44,620 nucleotides of DNA from positions 1 to 44,620 of the IMG/VR virus record IMGVR_UViG_3300048598_000594. One strand, given 5' to 3'. The translations under genes were made by a program, and so were the position numbers. Source of the stretch: a virus. Lineage: Duplodnaviria; Caudoviricetes. The notes under the pieces were generated by a model. The model searched no databases and had not been told where the DNA came from. It saw only the letters and a list, made by a program, of their open reading frames with translations. This document shows positions 16,549 to 26,054 of the stretch, one piece after another. Positions within the stretch are counted from its first letter, which is position 1, and every line of letters starts with the position of its first letter.

Positions 16549-17220
16549 ATGGGGCATCAGAAGAAGCGTCCGCGCCCGGATTTCCATGGTCATGGTCGCG
16601 CGCTGTTGGAAACGAAGGTTCCGGCTCCCGCCGATCTCGACCTCGGCGCCGACTGGTACCTCGTCTACACCGCGCCTCGCATGGAAGCGAAGGTGGCGAA
16701 GGGGCTGGCCGATGCCGGCTGCAAGGTCTTCCTGCCCGCCATCCATCGGGTGATCACACAGCGCTATCGCAGGCTCGAGCACGACGTCGCGACCTTCCCG
16801 CGCTACCTTTTCACCGCCGGCGTGCCCTTCCGCTGGCGCGGGCGCGACTTCGTCGGGGAGGATGGTGTCTCGGTGGTCACGGTCGACGGCCGGCCCGTGG
16901 TCGACATCCGCGATATCGACGGTGTGATCGATGTCGTAGGCACGCCGCGCGGCTGGCTCAAGGTTCCCGGCAAAGCCGTCGGCGCGGTCGCAGCGTTCCA
17001 GAACGACTATGTCGCGCCCTGCTCCAACGTGCTCGCGCCGCCGAAGCCGCGTCGCCTGCTCGCTGCGGGTGAGCGCGTCAAGGTGATCGACGGGCCGTTT
17101 GCCTCCTTCCAGGCGACAGTCGTCGACATGATCGGGCTCGAGCGGGCCGAGGTGCTGGTCGACATATTCGGACGGTCGACGCCGCTCGATATCGACCTGC
17201 GGCAGCTCGACGCCGCCTAG
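16549..17220 (+). CDS. NusG-family (NGN plus KOW) antiterminator paralog
   Basis: WYLVYTAPRME..FPRYLF..; GERVKVIDGPFASFQATV..VDIFGRST. Confidence 0.9.
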   Translation: MGHQKKRPRPDFHGHGRALLETKVPAPADLDLGADWYLVYTAPRMEAKVAKGLADAGCKVFLPAIHRVITQRYRRLEHDVATFPRYLFTAGVPFRWRGRDFVGEDGVSVVTVDGRPVVDIRDIDGVIDVVGTPRGWLKVPGKAVGAVAAFQNDYVAPCSNVLAPPKPRRLLAAGERVKVIDGPFASFQATVVDMIGLERAEVLVDIFGRSTPLDIDLRQLDAA

Positions 17221-17251
17221 TGGAAAGCGGTTTCCACTTTCAACTTGCGCC

Positions 17252-17422
17252 GCGCCCATTGACTCCGGCAGTGCGAATCGGAATCCATGGGCGCACGGTT
17301 ATTCCGGTAGTGTGATCGCCGCCCTGCGGAGTTGTATCTCACGGAACCCGCGTCAGCCTCACCAGCTACCAAGTGCGAAGCTATGTCCGCCCGCCGCCGC
17401 AAGGTCGGCGGGTTTCGTGTTT
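17252..17422 (+). promoter_or_regulatory. Late promoter, structured leader and terminator
   Basis: TTGACT 17259-17264; GGTAG/CTACC stem 17306-17370; CCCGCCG..GCAA..CGGCGGG + TTTCGTGTTT 17390-17422. Confidence 0.6.
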
Positions 17423-17435
17423 CGGCACATAGGGC

Positions 17436-17849
17436 ATGCCTTATCGTCCTCCAGTCTTCCGGCCAGCCAATGGCCTGGGTTCGCTAGCCGACACCGAGCA
17501 GGCTAATCGAGACTATGAGCAGAGGCGCGGCAGCGCGCGGGATCGCGGATATGATGCGCGATGGGATCGCGAGCGGCTGCGATTCATTGCTCGCCACCCG
17601 CTCTGCCGCGGGTGTGAATCTCGCGGCGAGGTAACGCGCACCGCAATCGTAGATCACGTCATCCCGCACAAGGGCGACATGGTCCTCTTCTGGGATGAGC
17701 AGAACTGGCAACCCAGCTGCCAGTGGGATCATGACGTGCTCAAGCAGAAGCTCGAAGGCCTCTGGCTCAAGGGCGAGATCGACGTTTCCGAGCTGCGGCT
17801 CGATAGCACGACCGCTCGCCGCCTCGGCCCGCCGCTCCGCTGCACCTGA
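17436..17849 (+). CDS. HNH endonuclease (HK97 gp74-like packaging cofactor)
   Basis: RGYDARW, HPLCRGC, VDHVIPHKGD, NWQPSC; precedes terS. Confidence 0.9.
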   Translation: MPYRPPVFRPANGLGSLADTEQANRDYEQRRGSARDRGYDARWDRERLRFIARHPLCRGCESRGEVTRTAIVDHVIPHKGDMVLFWDEQNWQPSCQWDHDVLKQKLEGLWLKGEIDVSELRLDSTTARRLGPPLRCT

Positions 17850-17953
17850 CGGGAGGGGGAGGGTCGAAATCGCAGGCCCTCCAGCACCCGGACCGGGTGC
17901 CTAACTCCGCGCAAATCTCCGCGGAATTCTGAGAAAAAAAGGTTGCTCCTCCG
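17850..17953. other. Probable cos region
   Basis: Non-coding gap between HNH and terS with G-run, palindrome GCACCCGGACCGGGTGC and A-tract; positional inference only. Confidence 0.45.
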
Positions 17954-18535
17954 ATGGCCCCTCGTGGTCGCAAACCGAAACCCGATGCGCTGAAGAAGCT
18001 GCAGGGCAATCCCGGCAAGCGGAAGATCGCGAAGGCCTCGCAGGACCAGGCCGAGGCGACCTCTCCGCTCGGCGCGCTCGCGCCGCCCGCTTCGCTGACC
18101 GATGCCGAGCGCAAGATCTGGGAATCCCAGATCGGCGCGCTCGAACAGCTGAAGTTCGTCCGCGTCTCCGACCTGCGCGCCTTCACCCGCTTCGTGAAGA
18201 TGCAGGCGCTCTTCGACGCCGTCGCGCCGATGGTGACGGCCGAGAATCTCGTCGAGATCACCGTCTCGGACAAGGTCACGATGGAGCGGCTCAACAAGCG
18301 CTTCCTGGCGATGCTGCATCTCGACAAGCGCCTGCTGGATTACGACCAGCAGTTCGGCACGACGCCCGCGGTCCGCCAGGCGATGATGTCGCGGCTCGCC
18401 GCTCGTGCCCCGCAGCTGCCTCTCGGCGATCAGCCTTCGAAGCCCGCGGATTCGGCGCCTACGCCTTCCGCGCCGGAGCCGCCGCCGCCCCCGGCGCGTC
18501 CCGCCTCGCCCGTCGGGTTCGGCCGGCTGAACTGA
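17954..18535 (+). CDS. terS: Terminase small subunit (P27-like)
   Basis: RGRKPKP..KLQGNPGKR N-terminus, FGTTP..R motif. Confidence 0.88.
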   Translation: MAPRGRKPKPDALKKLQGNPGKRKIAKASQDQAEATSPLGALAPPASLTDAERKIWESQIGALEQLKFVRVSDLRAFTRFVKMQALFDAVAPMVTAENLVEITVSDKVTMERLNKRFLAMLHLDKRLLDYDQQFGTTPAVRQAMMSRLAARAPQLPLGDQPSKPADSAPTPSAPEPPPPPARPASPVGFGRLN

Positions 18536-18540
18536 CGCCC

Positions 18541-20238
18541 ATGGCAGCGTTGGCCGTCCCCGTCTGGGTCGGCGCCCTGGCCGCCGATCCCGTGCACGAT
18601 TGGGTGCGCACCGAATGGGAGCGTGCCGGCAAGACTGCCGGCGCGTGGTTCGACGAGGTCGCGGCCGAGAAGGCGGCGCGGTTCTTTCCGGACTACCTCG
18701 TCCACACCAAAGGCAAGTGGGCCGGCCGGCCCTTCCGCCTGTCGCCCTGGCAGGACGCGATCGTGCGGATGGTCTTCGGCTGGAAGACGGCCGAGGGAAA
18801 AAGGCTGTTCCGGCGGGCGCTGATCTGGATCGCGCGCGGCAATGGCAAGAGCGAGTTCGCCGCCGGCCTTCTGCTGCTCGCCTTCCTGTTCGATGGCGAG
18901 CTCGGCGGCGAGGCCTATGTCATCGCCGCGGACAAGAAGCAGGCCGGCATCGTCTTCACGATGGCGACCCGCATGGTGCAGCTCTCGCCGTCGCTGGCCG
19001 AGCATATCGAGACCTTCAAGACCTCGCTCTATTGCGCCGAGCTGCTGGCTTCGATCCAGCCCATGTCGGGGCAGGCCGAGGGCAAGCATGGTCTTTCCTG
19101 CTCGGTGCTGGTCGGCGACGAGATGCACGAATGGGCGCATGGCGACCTCTATGAGTTCGTCAAGCAGTCGGAGATCAAGCGCGAGCAGCCGATCGAGATC
19201 CTGATCTCGACAGCCGGCCAGGCCCGCCGCGGCTATGGCTGGGTGCTCTGGGAGGAATCGCTCAAGATCAAGGACGGTACCTTCGACGATCCGACCACGC
19301 TCGTCGTGATCTATGCCGCCGGCGCGAACGACAATTGGAAGGAGCCGGCGACCTGGGCGAAGGCCAACCCCAATCTCGGCGTCTCGGTCCAGCTCGACGA
19401 TATGCAGAAGCTGGTCGAGCGCGCCCTGCATTCGCCGCGCCTCGAGACCAATTTCAAGCGCTATCATCTCGATATCTGGGTCGGCCAGGACCTGCGCTGG
19501 CTCGATATCGACGCCTGGCGCAAAGGCTCCGGCATGCCCAGCCTCGCCGGCGATGCCGGCTGGCGGGCGATGGCTGAGCGCTGCAAGGGGCGCGTCTGCT
19601 ATGGCGGGCTAGACCTCTCCTCGGTCAGCGACCTGACCTGCCTGCTCTGGCTGTTCCCGCCGGACGAGACCGAGAAGAACTGGCTGGCTCTGCCCCGTTT
19701 CTGGGTGCCGGCGGACAACATCGAGCGCCGCGCCCGGCGCGACCGCGTGCCATACGACATCTGGCAGGCGCGAGGCGCCGTCGAGCCGACGGTCGGTAAC
19801 GTCGTCGACTACGATCCGGTGATTGCCGCCATCCATGAGGGCATGGCGCAGTTCACGGTCCGGTCGGTCGCCTACGACCCGCACAATGCGACGGCGACGG
19901 TCAACACGTTGATGAATGAGGGCGCGCCGATGGTGCTGATGCGCCAGGGCATTCCCTCGCTCGGCGCCGCCTCGAAAGAACTGGAGCGGCTGACGCTGAA
20001 AGGCGCGCTCGACTGCGGCCAGCACCCGGTCATGGACTGGATGGCCGGCAATGTCGCCAAGCATGAGGATCGCAACGGCAACATCATGCCGGATAAGGGG
20101 CGTTCCTCGGAAAAGATCGACGGCATCTCGGCGCTGGTCAACGCGCTCGCCGTCGCCCCCGTGCAGGTCGAGACGGTGGCCGCCTCGCCCTGGGATGATC
20201 CGAATTTCTCACTCCGGAAGATGATGAGCGCAGCATGA
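18541..20238 (+). CDS. terL: Terminase large subunit
   Basis: Walker A ARGNGKS, Walker B VGDEMH, ISTAG, GLDLS, KIDG. Confidence 0.96.
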   Translation: MAALAVPVWVGALAADPVHDWVRTEWERAGKTAGAWFDEVAAEKAARFFPDYLVHTKGKWAGRPFRLSPWQDAIVRMVFGWKTAEGKRLFRRALIWIARGNGKSEFAAGLLLLAFLFDGELGGEAYVIAADKKQAGIVFTMATRMVQLSPSLAEHIETFKTSLYCAELLASIQPMSGQAEGKHGLSCSVLVGDEMHEWAHGDLYEFVKQSEIKREQPIEILISTAGQARRGYGWVLWEESLKIKDGTFDDPTTLVVIYAAGANDNWKEPATWAKANPNLGVSVQLDDMQKLVERALHSPRLETNFKRYHLDIWVGQDLRWLDIDAWRKGSGMPSLAGDAGWRAMAERCKGRVCYGGLDLSSVSDLTCLLWLFPPDETEKNWLALPRFWVPADNIERRARRDRVPYDIWQARGAVEPTVGNVVDYDPVIAAIHEGMAQFTVRSVAYDPHNATATVNTLMNEGAPMVLMRQGIPSLGAASKELERLTLKGALDCGQHPVMDWMAGNVAKHEDRNGNIMPDKGRSSEKIDGISALVNALAVAPVQVETVAASPWDDPNFSLRKMMSAA

Positions 20239-21491
20239 GATTTGCGATCGAGATCGGCCGGGGCCGGGAAGCGCGCTCGGGCAGCATCGAGAACCCGACG
20301 GTTCCGGTCGGCCAGACGCAGGAGTTCCTGACCTTCTTCGGCATGGACGGCGTGACGTTGCCGTCGGTGACGATCGCCTCGGCCTTGCGTGTCCCGGCCG
20401 TCAACGCGGCCGTCAACTTCCTGTCGCGCACCATGGCGGCGCTGCCGCTGCATGCTTTCGAGCACAAGGACGGCAGCACTGATCGCGAGAACGGTCAGGT
20501 CGAGAAGGTGCTGCGCTATCCGACGCCGGAAATGGACGGCTTCAAGGCCCGGCAGTACTTCTGGCAGAACGTCTTCACCGGCGGTCGCGGGCTGATCTGG
20601 ATCGAGCGCAAGGGCGGCGATCCGGAATATCTCTGGCCGCTCAACCCGAACAAGGTCTCAGTTCGGCGGCGAGGCCTGCGCACCGTCTATGTTCATGACG
20701 GTCAGGAGTATCCGGCCGAGGACGTGATCGATATCCCGTTCATGTTGCGGGAGGATCAGCTCGGCCATCGTGGGCCGGTGATGCTCGCCAGCAAGGCGAT
20801 CCAGCTCGCCCTGGCGATGAACGACTACGCCAGCACCTTCTTCGCCGGCGGCGGCGTCCCGCCGTTGTCGATGTCGGGGCCGCTTGCCTCCGGCAACGAG
20901 GCGCTGAAGCGCACCACGAACGATGTCGAGGAGGCGATCCGGTTCGCCCGCGTCAACAACAGCAAGATCCTGCCCATCCCCGGCGGCTACAAGCTGGAGC
21001 CGGTCGGTATCGACCCGGCCAAGGGCCAGATGACCGAGGCCCGGCTCTATCAGGTTCAGGAAATCGCGCGCGCCTGGCAGTTGCCGCCGGTCTTCCTGCA
21101 CGATCTCTCTAAGGGCACCTTCGCCAATGTCGAGCAGCAGGACTTGCACCTGGTCAAGCATCTGATCGGCCAATGGGCCAAGGCGTTCGAGGCGCAGGCG
21201 ACGCTCAAGCTTTACGGCCGGGACAAGGCCGGCGCGGCCTATGTCGAGCACAATCTCGACGGGCTGATGCGCGGCGACCTCAAGAGCCGGATCGAGGCGA
21301 TCGGGCGGGGCATCCAGACGTCGCAGCTCACTCCGAACGAGGGGCGCGGTCTCGATAATCGGCCGAAGCACAAGAACCCGATGGCGGACGAGCTGCTGGT
21401 TCAGGGCGCCACCGTCGTCCTCGGCCAGCAGCCTGTGCAGGCGGCGGCGAACGAACCGAAGCAGGATGGAGAAGGCGATGAAAAAGCCTGA
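20235..21491 (+). CDS. HK97-family portal protein
   Basis: LRVPAV..AALPL, EIARAWQLPP, ANVEQ, TPNEGR. Confidence 0.95.
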   Translation: MRFAIEIGRGREARSGSIENPTVPVGQTQEFLTFFGMDGVTLPSVTIASALRVPAVNAAVNFLSRTMAALPLHAFEHKDGSTDRENGQVEKVLRYPTPEMDGFKARQYFWQNVFTGGRGLIWIERKGGDPEYLWPLNPNKVSVRRRGLRTVYVHDGQEYPAEDVIDIPFMLREDQLGHRGPVMLASKAIQLALAMNDYASTFFAGGGVPPLSMSGPLASGNEALKRTTNDVEEAIRFARVNNSKILPIPGGYKLEPVGIDPAKGQMTEARLYQVQEIARAWQLPPVFLHDLSKGTFANVEQQDLHLVKHLIGQWAKAFEAQATLKLYGRDKAGAAYVEHNLDGLMRGDLKSRIEAIGRGIQTSQLTPNEGRGLDNRPKHKNPMADELLVQGATVVLGQQPVQAAANEPKQDGEGDEKA

Positions 21492-22074
21492 TGGCCCCGA
21501 GTTGCGCTCGCTGGTCGCGAAGGTCGAGCGTCGGGCGGCCGAGGACGGCAAGGTCAGCGTCGCAGGTTATGCCGCGGTCTTCGGCGAGCTCGCCGATATC
21601 GGCGGCTGGTTCTCCGAGACGCTGGCGCGCGGCGCCTTCACCGAGACGCTGAAGACCGCCGACGTCCGGGCCTATTTCGATCATGACCGGGGCCGCGTCC
21701 TCGGGCGCAGCACGGCCGGCACCCTGCGGCTGGCGGAGGATGCCAAGGGCCTGCATGTCGAGATCGACTTGCCCGACACCACTGACGGCCGCGACGTCGC
21801 GACGCTGATCGAGCGCGGTGACGTCACCGGCATGTCCTTCGGCTTCCGTGTCCTGCGCGAGGAGTGGGACGAAACCGAGAAGACGCCGAAGCGGACCATC
21901 CTCGAGGTCGCGCTGCACGAGGTCAGCATCGTCTCCGAGCCGGCCTATGACGGCGCTACCATCGCGCTGCGCTCGCTCGAGCAGGCCCGGAAGGAAAGGC
22001 GCGAGCATCCCGCCCATCGCCGGATCGAGGCGCGCCGGGCCGAGATGGAACAGCGCATCCGGCGCATCCGCTAG
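21478..22074 (+). CDS. HK97-family prohead protease
   Basis: GYAAVF, FDHD..VLGR, MSFGF, EVSIVSEPAY. Confidence 0.95.
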   Translation: MKKPDGPELRSLVAKVERRAAEDGKVSVAGYAAVFGELADIGGWFSETLARGAFTETLKTADVRAYFDHDRGRVLGRSTAGTLRLAEDAKGLHVEIDLPDTTDGRDVATLIERGDVTGMSFGFRVLREEWDETEKTPKRTILEVALHEVSIVSEPAYDGATIALRSLEQARKERREHPAHRRIEARRAEMEQRIRRIR

Positions 22075-22140
22075 CGCGGCATCGCAGTTTCCCCGGCCAT
22101 GCCGGAGGTGGCGCGGCAGCATCCCGCTTCCCGCCCTAAC

Positions 22141-22161
22141 GCCCGCTTCGGCGGGCTTTTT
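22141..22161 (+). terminator. Terminator-like hairpin upstream of major capsid gene
   Basis: GCCCGC-TTCG-GCGGGC-TTTTT. Confidence 0.6.
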
Positions 22162-22190
22162 GACGTGGTCATAGGAAGAAAGGACTTACG

Positions 22191-23456
22191 ATGACCCTTC
22201 GCCAGTTGCAGGAGAAGCGGGAAAAGCTCGTTGCCGATGCCCGCTCCGCTCTCGACGAGATCCGCAAGAACACCGACGACGCCCGCGTCGCCGAGCTCGA
22301 AAAGCGCCATGACGACTTCATGGGCGATCTCGACCGGCTCGACAGCCAGATCGCCCGCGAAGAGCGCATGGCGAAGCTGGAGACGGCCGAGGAGGAGCGC
22401 CGTTCTCGCCGTCGCCCGAATCCGGGGGATGGCGAGCGGCGTGGTGACGATGACGACAAGCCGATCGAGTACCGTCAGGCTTTCCATCGCTGGTTGCAGG
22501 TCGCCGGAGACATGTCGGCCCTGAACGACGAGGAGCGCGCCGCCCTGCGCGCCGGCGTCGCTCCGAAGGAGGTCCGCATGCAGACCGTCGGGACGCCTGC
22601 CGGCGGCGGCTACACGGTGCCGACCGAGCTGGCCACCGAGATCATCAAGTCGATGAAGGCCTGGGGGCCGATGTACGACGAGGACGTTTGCACCTCGCTG
22701 CCGACGGCCTCCGGCAATCCGATCGACATGCCGACGCTCGATGACACCTCCAAGACGGTCGACAAGCATACAGAGGGCGGCGCGACGACCGATGACGGCA
22801 GCAAGGATGCGGTCTTCGGCAAGAAGACGCTCAGCGCCCATGCCTATGACACGCAATGGGTGAAGTTCAGCTATGAGCTGGCGCAGGATTCCATCTTCAA
22901 CATGGAATCCCTGCTCGGCGGCCTGCTCGGCGAGCGTCTCGGTCGGCGTGCCAATACCGAGCTGACCACAGGCGACGGCGTCGGCGATCCGCAGGGCATC
23001 GTCACCGGCTCGGGCCTCGGCAGGACTTCCGTGGCCGCGGCGGCGATCACCTATGACGAGATCATCGACCTGATCCATTCGGTCGACCCCGCCTATCGCG
23101 GCGGGCCCAAGGTGCAGTTCCAGTTCCACGACACCACGCTCGCGGCGCTGCGCAAGCTGAAGGATGGCGAAGGGCGATATATCTGGTCGGCCGGCGACGT
23201 GCAGAACGGCGTGCCCGGCACGATCCTCGGCTATCGCTACCGCATCAACCAGGCGATGGACACACTGGCAGCGGCGAAGAAGGTCATGATCTTCGGCGAC
23301 CACGCCAAGTATTTCGTGCGCAAGGTCGGCGGCATCGTGCTCTTCACCGCCCGCGAGCGCTTCGCGCCGGATATCGGCCTGCTCGGCCTTGTCCGTCTCG
23401 ATGGCGGCCTCGGCGACACGGCCGCCGTCAAGCACCTGATCACCGCTGCGTCCTGA
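22191..23456 (+). CDS. HK97-fold major capsid protein
   Basis: Coiled-coil delta domain, GGYTVP, LRKLKDGEGRYIW, ILGY, FGD. Confidence 0.96.
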   Translation: MTLRQLQEKREKLVADARSALDEIRKNTDDARVAELEKRHDDFMGDLDRLDSQIAREERMAKLETAEEERRSRRRPNPGDGERRGDDDDKPIEYRQAFHRWLQVAGDMSALNDEERAALRAGVAPKEVRMQTVGTPAGGGYTVPTELATEIIKSMKAWGPMYDEDVCTSLPTASGNPIDMPTLDDTSKTVDKHTEGGATTDDGSKDAVFGKKTLSAHAYDTQWVKFSYELAQDSIFNMESLLGGLLGERLGRRANTELTTGDGVGDPQGIVTGSGLGRTSVAAAAITYDEIIDLIHSVDPAYRGGPKVQFQFHDTTLAALRKLKDGEGRYIWSAGDVQNGVPGTILGYRYRINQAMDTLAAAKKVMIFGDHAKYFVRKVGGIVLFTARERFAPDIGLLGLVRLDGGLGDTAAVKHLITAAS

Positions 23457-23521
23457 TCGCACTGGCTTGAACCGGTGGGCGCCGTTCGCGGCGCCCACTT
23501 CTCAAGCCAATGGAGGATTCG

Positions 23522-23704
23522 ATGAAACTCAAGATGAGGATCGGCCTGGCCGGTTCGGATTTCTCGCTGGCGCCTGGCGAAGAGACCGAGCGTTTCAGCG
23601 TCGAGGAGGCGCAGCGCCTGATCGACGCCGACTATGCTGAGCTCGTCGCAGAGACGAAGCGCGAGGTCGCCACGAAAAAGGCAGCGCCGGAGAAGCGCGG
23701 CTGA
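23522..23704 (+). CDS. Small head-associated protein
   Basis: GGAGG RBS; EAQRLIDADYAE motif typical of post-capsid small proteins. Confidence 0.75.
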   Translation: MKLKMRIGLAGSDFSLAPGEETERFSVEEAQRLIDADYAELVAETKREVATKKAAPEKRG

Positions 23705-24219
23705 TGTGGTACGGCCAGACCATCTCGGATCTGACCGAGCCTGTGACGTTGGTGGAAGCCAAGGCGCAGTGCCGGGTCGATCATGACGGCGAGAACGACA
23801 AGATCGAGCTGCTGATCCCGGCGGCGCGACAGCATGCCGAAAAGTATTGCGGCCAGTCATTCGCCAAGGCCACCCTCGTCGCCAAGGCGACCGACTGGGC
23901 CGACCTCGCCCGTCTGCCGACCCGCCCGATCACATCGATCGCCATCGCCTATGTCGATGGCGAGGGTGTTGAGCGGATACTGCCGTCGGGCAATTACACG
24001 CTGATAGAGCGGGCCGTCGTCCCGGCGCCCGGCGGCATCTTGCCGCGCCGGGCTCCCGGCTCGGCCATCACCGTGACGCTCGCCGTCGGCGATGCCTGCC
24101 CGGCCGCAGTCAAGCAGGCGATCCTCTTGCGGGTTCAGGATTTGTGGGAGGCGCGCGGCAGCACTCCGGACGCTGCGCCGTCATCCTTCGACAGCCTGCT
24201 CTGCAATCACCGCTACTGA
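23704..24219 (+). CDS. Head-tail connector (gp6-like)
   Basis: EPVTLVEAKAQCRVD..AVKQAILL..WEAR. Confidence 0.9.
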   Translation: MWYGQTISDLTEPVTLVEAKAQCRVDHDGENDKIELLIPAARQHAEKYCGQSFAKATLVAKATDWADLARLPTRPITSIAIAYVDGEGVERILPSGNYTLIERAVVPAPGGILPRRAPGSAITVTLAVGDACPAAVKQAILLRVQDLWEARGSTPDAAPSSFDSLLCNHRY

Positions 24220-24230
24220 CGGGAACTCTG

Positions 24231-24584
24231 ATGCTCTCCTCCGGCCAGCGCAATCATCGCGTCCGCTTCGAGCGGCGCGTCCCGGGGGCCGATGGCGGCT
24301 ACGGCAACACCTTGCCGGCGAACTGGACGGTTCTCGTCGAGGCCTGGGCCGGCTTTCGCCCGAAGTTCGGCCGCGAGCAGCTTGCGGCCGGGCGGCTCGA
24401 AAGCACCTTGCAGGGCGTGCTGACCGTGCTGTCATGGTCGGCGACGAGCGCGGTCACGCCGGCCGATCGCGTCGTCTTCCTCGCCGGCCCCTATGCCGGC
24501 AAGGCCTGCCAGATCCGCTCGATCGTGCCGTCTCCGGACAATCGCGAGATCGAGTTCATGCTCGAGGAAGGCCCGGCGACCTGA
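24231..24584 (+). CDS. Head closure / head-tail adaptor
   Basis: RVRFERR..DGGYGN..W..WA; synteny. Confidence 0.85.
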   Translation: MLSSGQRNHRVRFERRVPGADGGYGNTLPANWTVLVEAWAGFRPKFGREQLAAGRLESTLQGVLTVLSWSATSAVTPADRVVFLAGPYAGKACQIRSIVPSPDNREIEFMLEEGPAT

Positions 24585-24811
24585 TGCCCCGCGTGACATT
24601 CCTCCGCGACTTCACCTGTCCCTTCCCGGGCGGGTTCGTCGAGTACAAGGCCGGCGGCCCGAAGCTCATCCCCCATACTCATGCCGAGCGCGCCCGCGCC
24701 GCTGGAGTTCTTGCCGATGGCAAAAACCGCGAAATCCGCACAGAGCGCCGCCCGGCTGCGCAAGCGCCTGGAGCGGGTGCCGATGGACGTCCGCGCCGCA
24801 GCGGCGACTGA
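24584..24811 (+). CDS. Small hypothetical virion-region protein
   Basis: TGATG coupling; VTFLRDF..EYKAG..ARAAG. Confidence 0.5.
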   Translation: MPRVTFLRDFTCPFPGGFVEYKAGGPKLIPHTHAERARAAGVLADGKNREIRTERRPAAQAPGAGADGRPRRSGD

Positions 24812-25154
24812 GGCCCTGCTGCAGGCGCAGGCGCTCGGCCGGGCGATCCAGCGAAATGCCCCCCTCGGCGAGGGTGATCTCAAGGCGACGGTCAGGGTCG
24901 AGGGCGGCAAGCGCGGCGACCGCTTCTATGTGAAAGCGGGCGGGCCGAAGACGACGAAACCGGTGCGCAGCGCCGGCAAGGGCCATGCGCCGCAATACGA
25001 CTACGCCAACGCGGTCGAGTTCGGCACGCAGAAGAAGCCGCCGCGGCCCTTCTTCTATCCGACATGGCGGGCCTCGAAGAAGGCAATCCGCTCCGGCATG
25101 GAGGCGACGATCCGCAAGGCGGCGGCGAAGTTCAACGGTCAGGGCAGCGAATGA
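24717..25154 (+). CDS. HK97 gp10-family tail component
   Basis: GDLKAT..YANAVEFGT..PRPFFYP. Confidence 0.9.
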   Translation: MAKTAKSAQSAARLRKRLERVPMDVRAAAATEALLQAQALGRAIQRNAPLGEGDLKATVRVEGGKRGDRFYVKAGGPKTTKPVRSAGKGHAPQYDYANAVEFGTQKKPPRPFFYPTWRASKKAIRSGMEATIRKAAAKFNGQGSE

Positions 25155-25549
25155 GCGATCCCTCCCTCGCCCTGCAGGGCGCCATCAACACCCGACTGCG
25201 CGCGCAGGTTTTAGCCGTCTCCGGCCGCGTCTTCGACGAGGTCCCGCAGGACGTCGCCTTCCCCTATGTCGAGCTCGGCGAGTTCCAGACGGTCGACGAC
25301 GGCGCCCAGTGCCATGACGGTCAGGAGGTCTTCGCGACCTTGCATGTCTGGTCGCGCGCTGCCGGGCAGGTCGAGGCGAAGACCATCGCCGGCGCCGTGC
25401 GCGGCGCGCTGCACGAGGCCGAGCTCGCCCTCGGCGCCGCCTGGCAGTTCCTCGAGATCGCGCATCAGGACACGCGATATCTGAAAGACCCGGATGGCCT
25501 CACCAGCCATGCCGTCCTGAGCTTCCGCGCGCTCGTCGCCGCGGCCTGA
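25151..25549 (+). CDS. Tail completion / terminator (DUF3168-like)
   Basis: DPSLALQGAI..VFDEVP..FPYV..LHVWSR..DPDGLTSH. Confidence 0.9.
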   Translation: MSDPSLALQGAINTRLRAQVLAVSGRVFDEVPQDVAFPYVELGEFQTVDDGAQCHDGQEVFATLHVWSRAAGQVEAKTIAGAVRGALHEAELALGAAWQFLEIAHQDTRYLKDPDGLTSHAVLSFRALVAAA

Positions 25550-25589
25550 ACCACCACTCGCATCACCGGCTCATTCAACGGAGGCCATC

Positions 25590-26054
25590 ATGGCGCAGCC
25601 GACTGTTCTGTCGTTCGGGAAGGGGGTCGTCTTCGTCGGCGACGGCGCCTCGCCCGACGAGGTCTTCACCAAGCTCTGCGGCTTCAACTCGATGTCGCTG
25701 ACCATCGAAAAGGACACCAACGACGTCACGGTGCCCGATTGCGACAACCCCGATGCGCCGGCCTGGCAGGCGACGGATGTGCTCTCGCTCGCCTGGAGCA
25801 TGGAGTTCGAGGGCGTCTATGCCAAGGAAAGCTCCGAGCTGCTCTGGGGCGTCTCGACCGATGGCCAGTCGCGCAGCATCCGCCTGCATCTGGTCGGCGG
25901 CGGCACCGGCAGCGGCACGCCGGATCTGCGCTTCTCCGGCAAGGGGCATTTCGGGCTCGGGCTCACCGGCGAGCGCGGCTCGAAATGGCAGAACGCCGTC
26001 AACGTCACCGGCGACGGCCCCCTGGCCCGCGCCAGCGTGGCGGCGCTGTCATGA
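25590..26054 (+). CDS. Major tail tube protein
   Basis: GDGASPDEVF..CG..VPDCDNPDAPAW; synteny. Confidence 0.9.
   Translation: MAQPTVLSFGKGVVFVGDGASPDEVFTKLCGFNSMSLTIEKDTNDVTVPDCDNPDAPAWQATDVLSLAWSMEFEGVYAKESSELLWGVSTDGQSRSIRLHLVGGGTGSGTPDLRFSGKGHFGLGLTGERGSKWQNAVNVTGDGPLARASVAALS

Noticed and set aside
22172-22177. TAGGAA upstream of the capsid RBS as a trans target of the antisense RNA
   Set aside because: Only 6 nt of complementarity; expected by chance.
23463-23509. Long hairpin after the capsid gene as an ncRNA
   Set aside because: Most simply an mRNA stabiliser or attenuator that sets capsid stoichiometry, common at this position.
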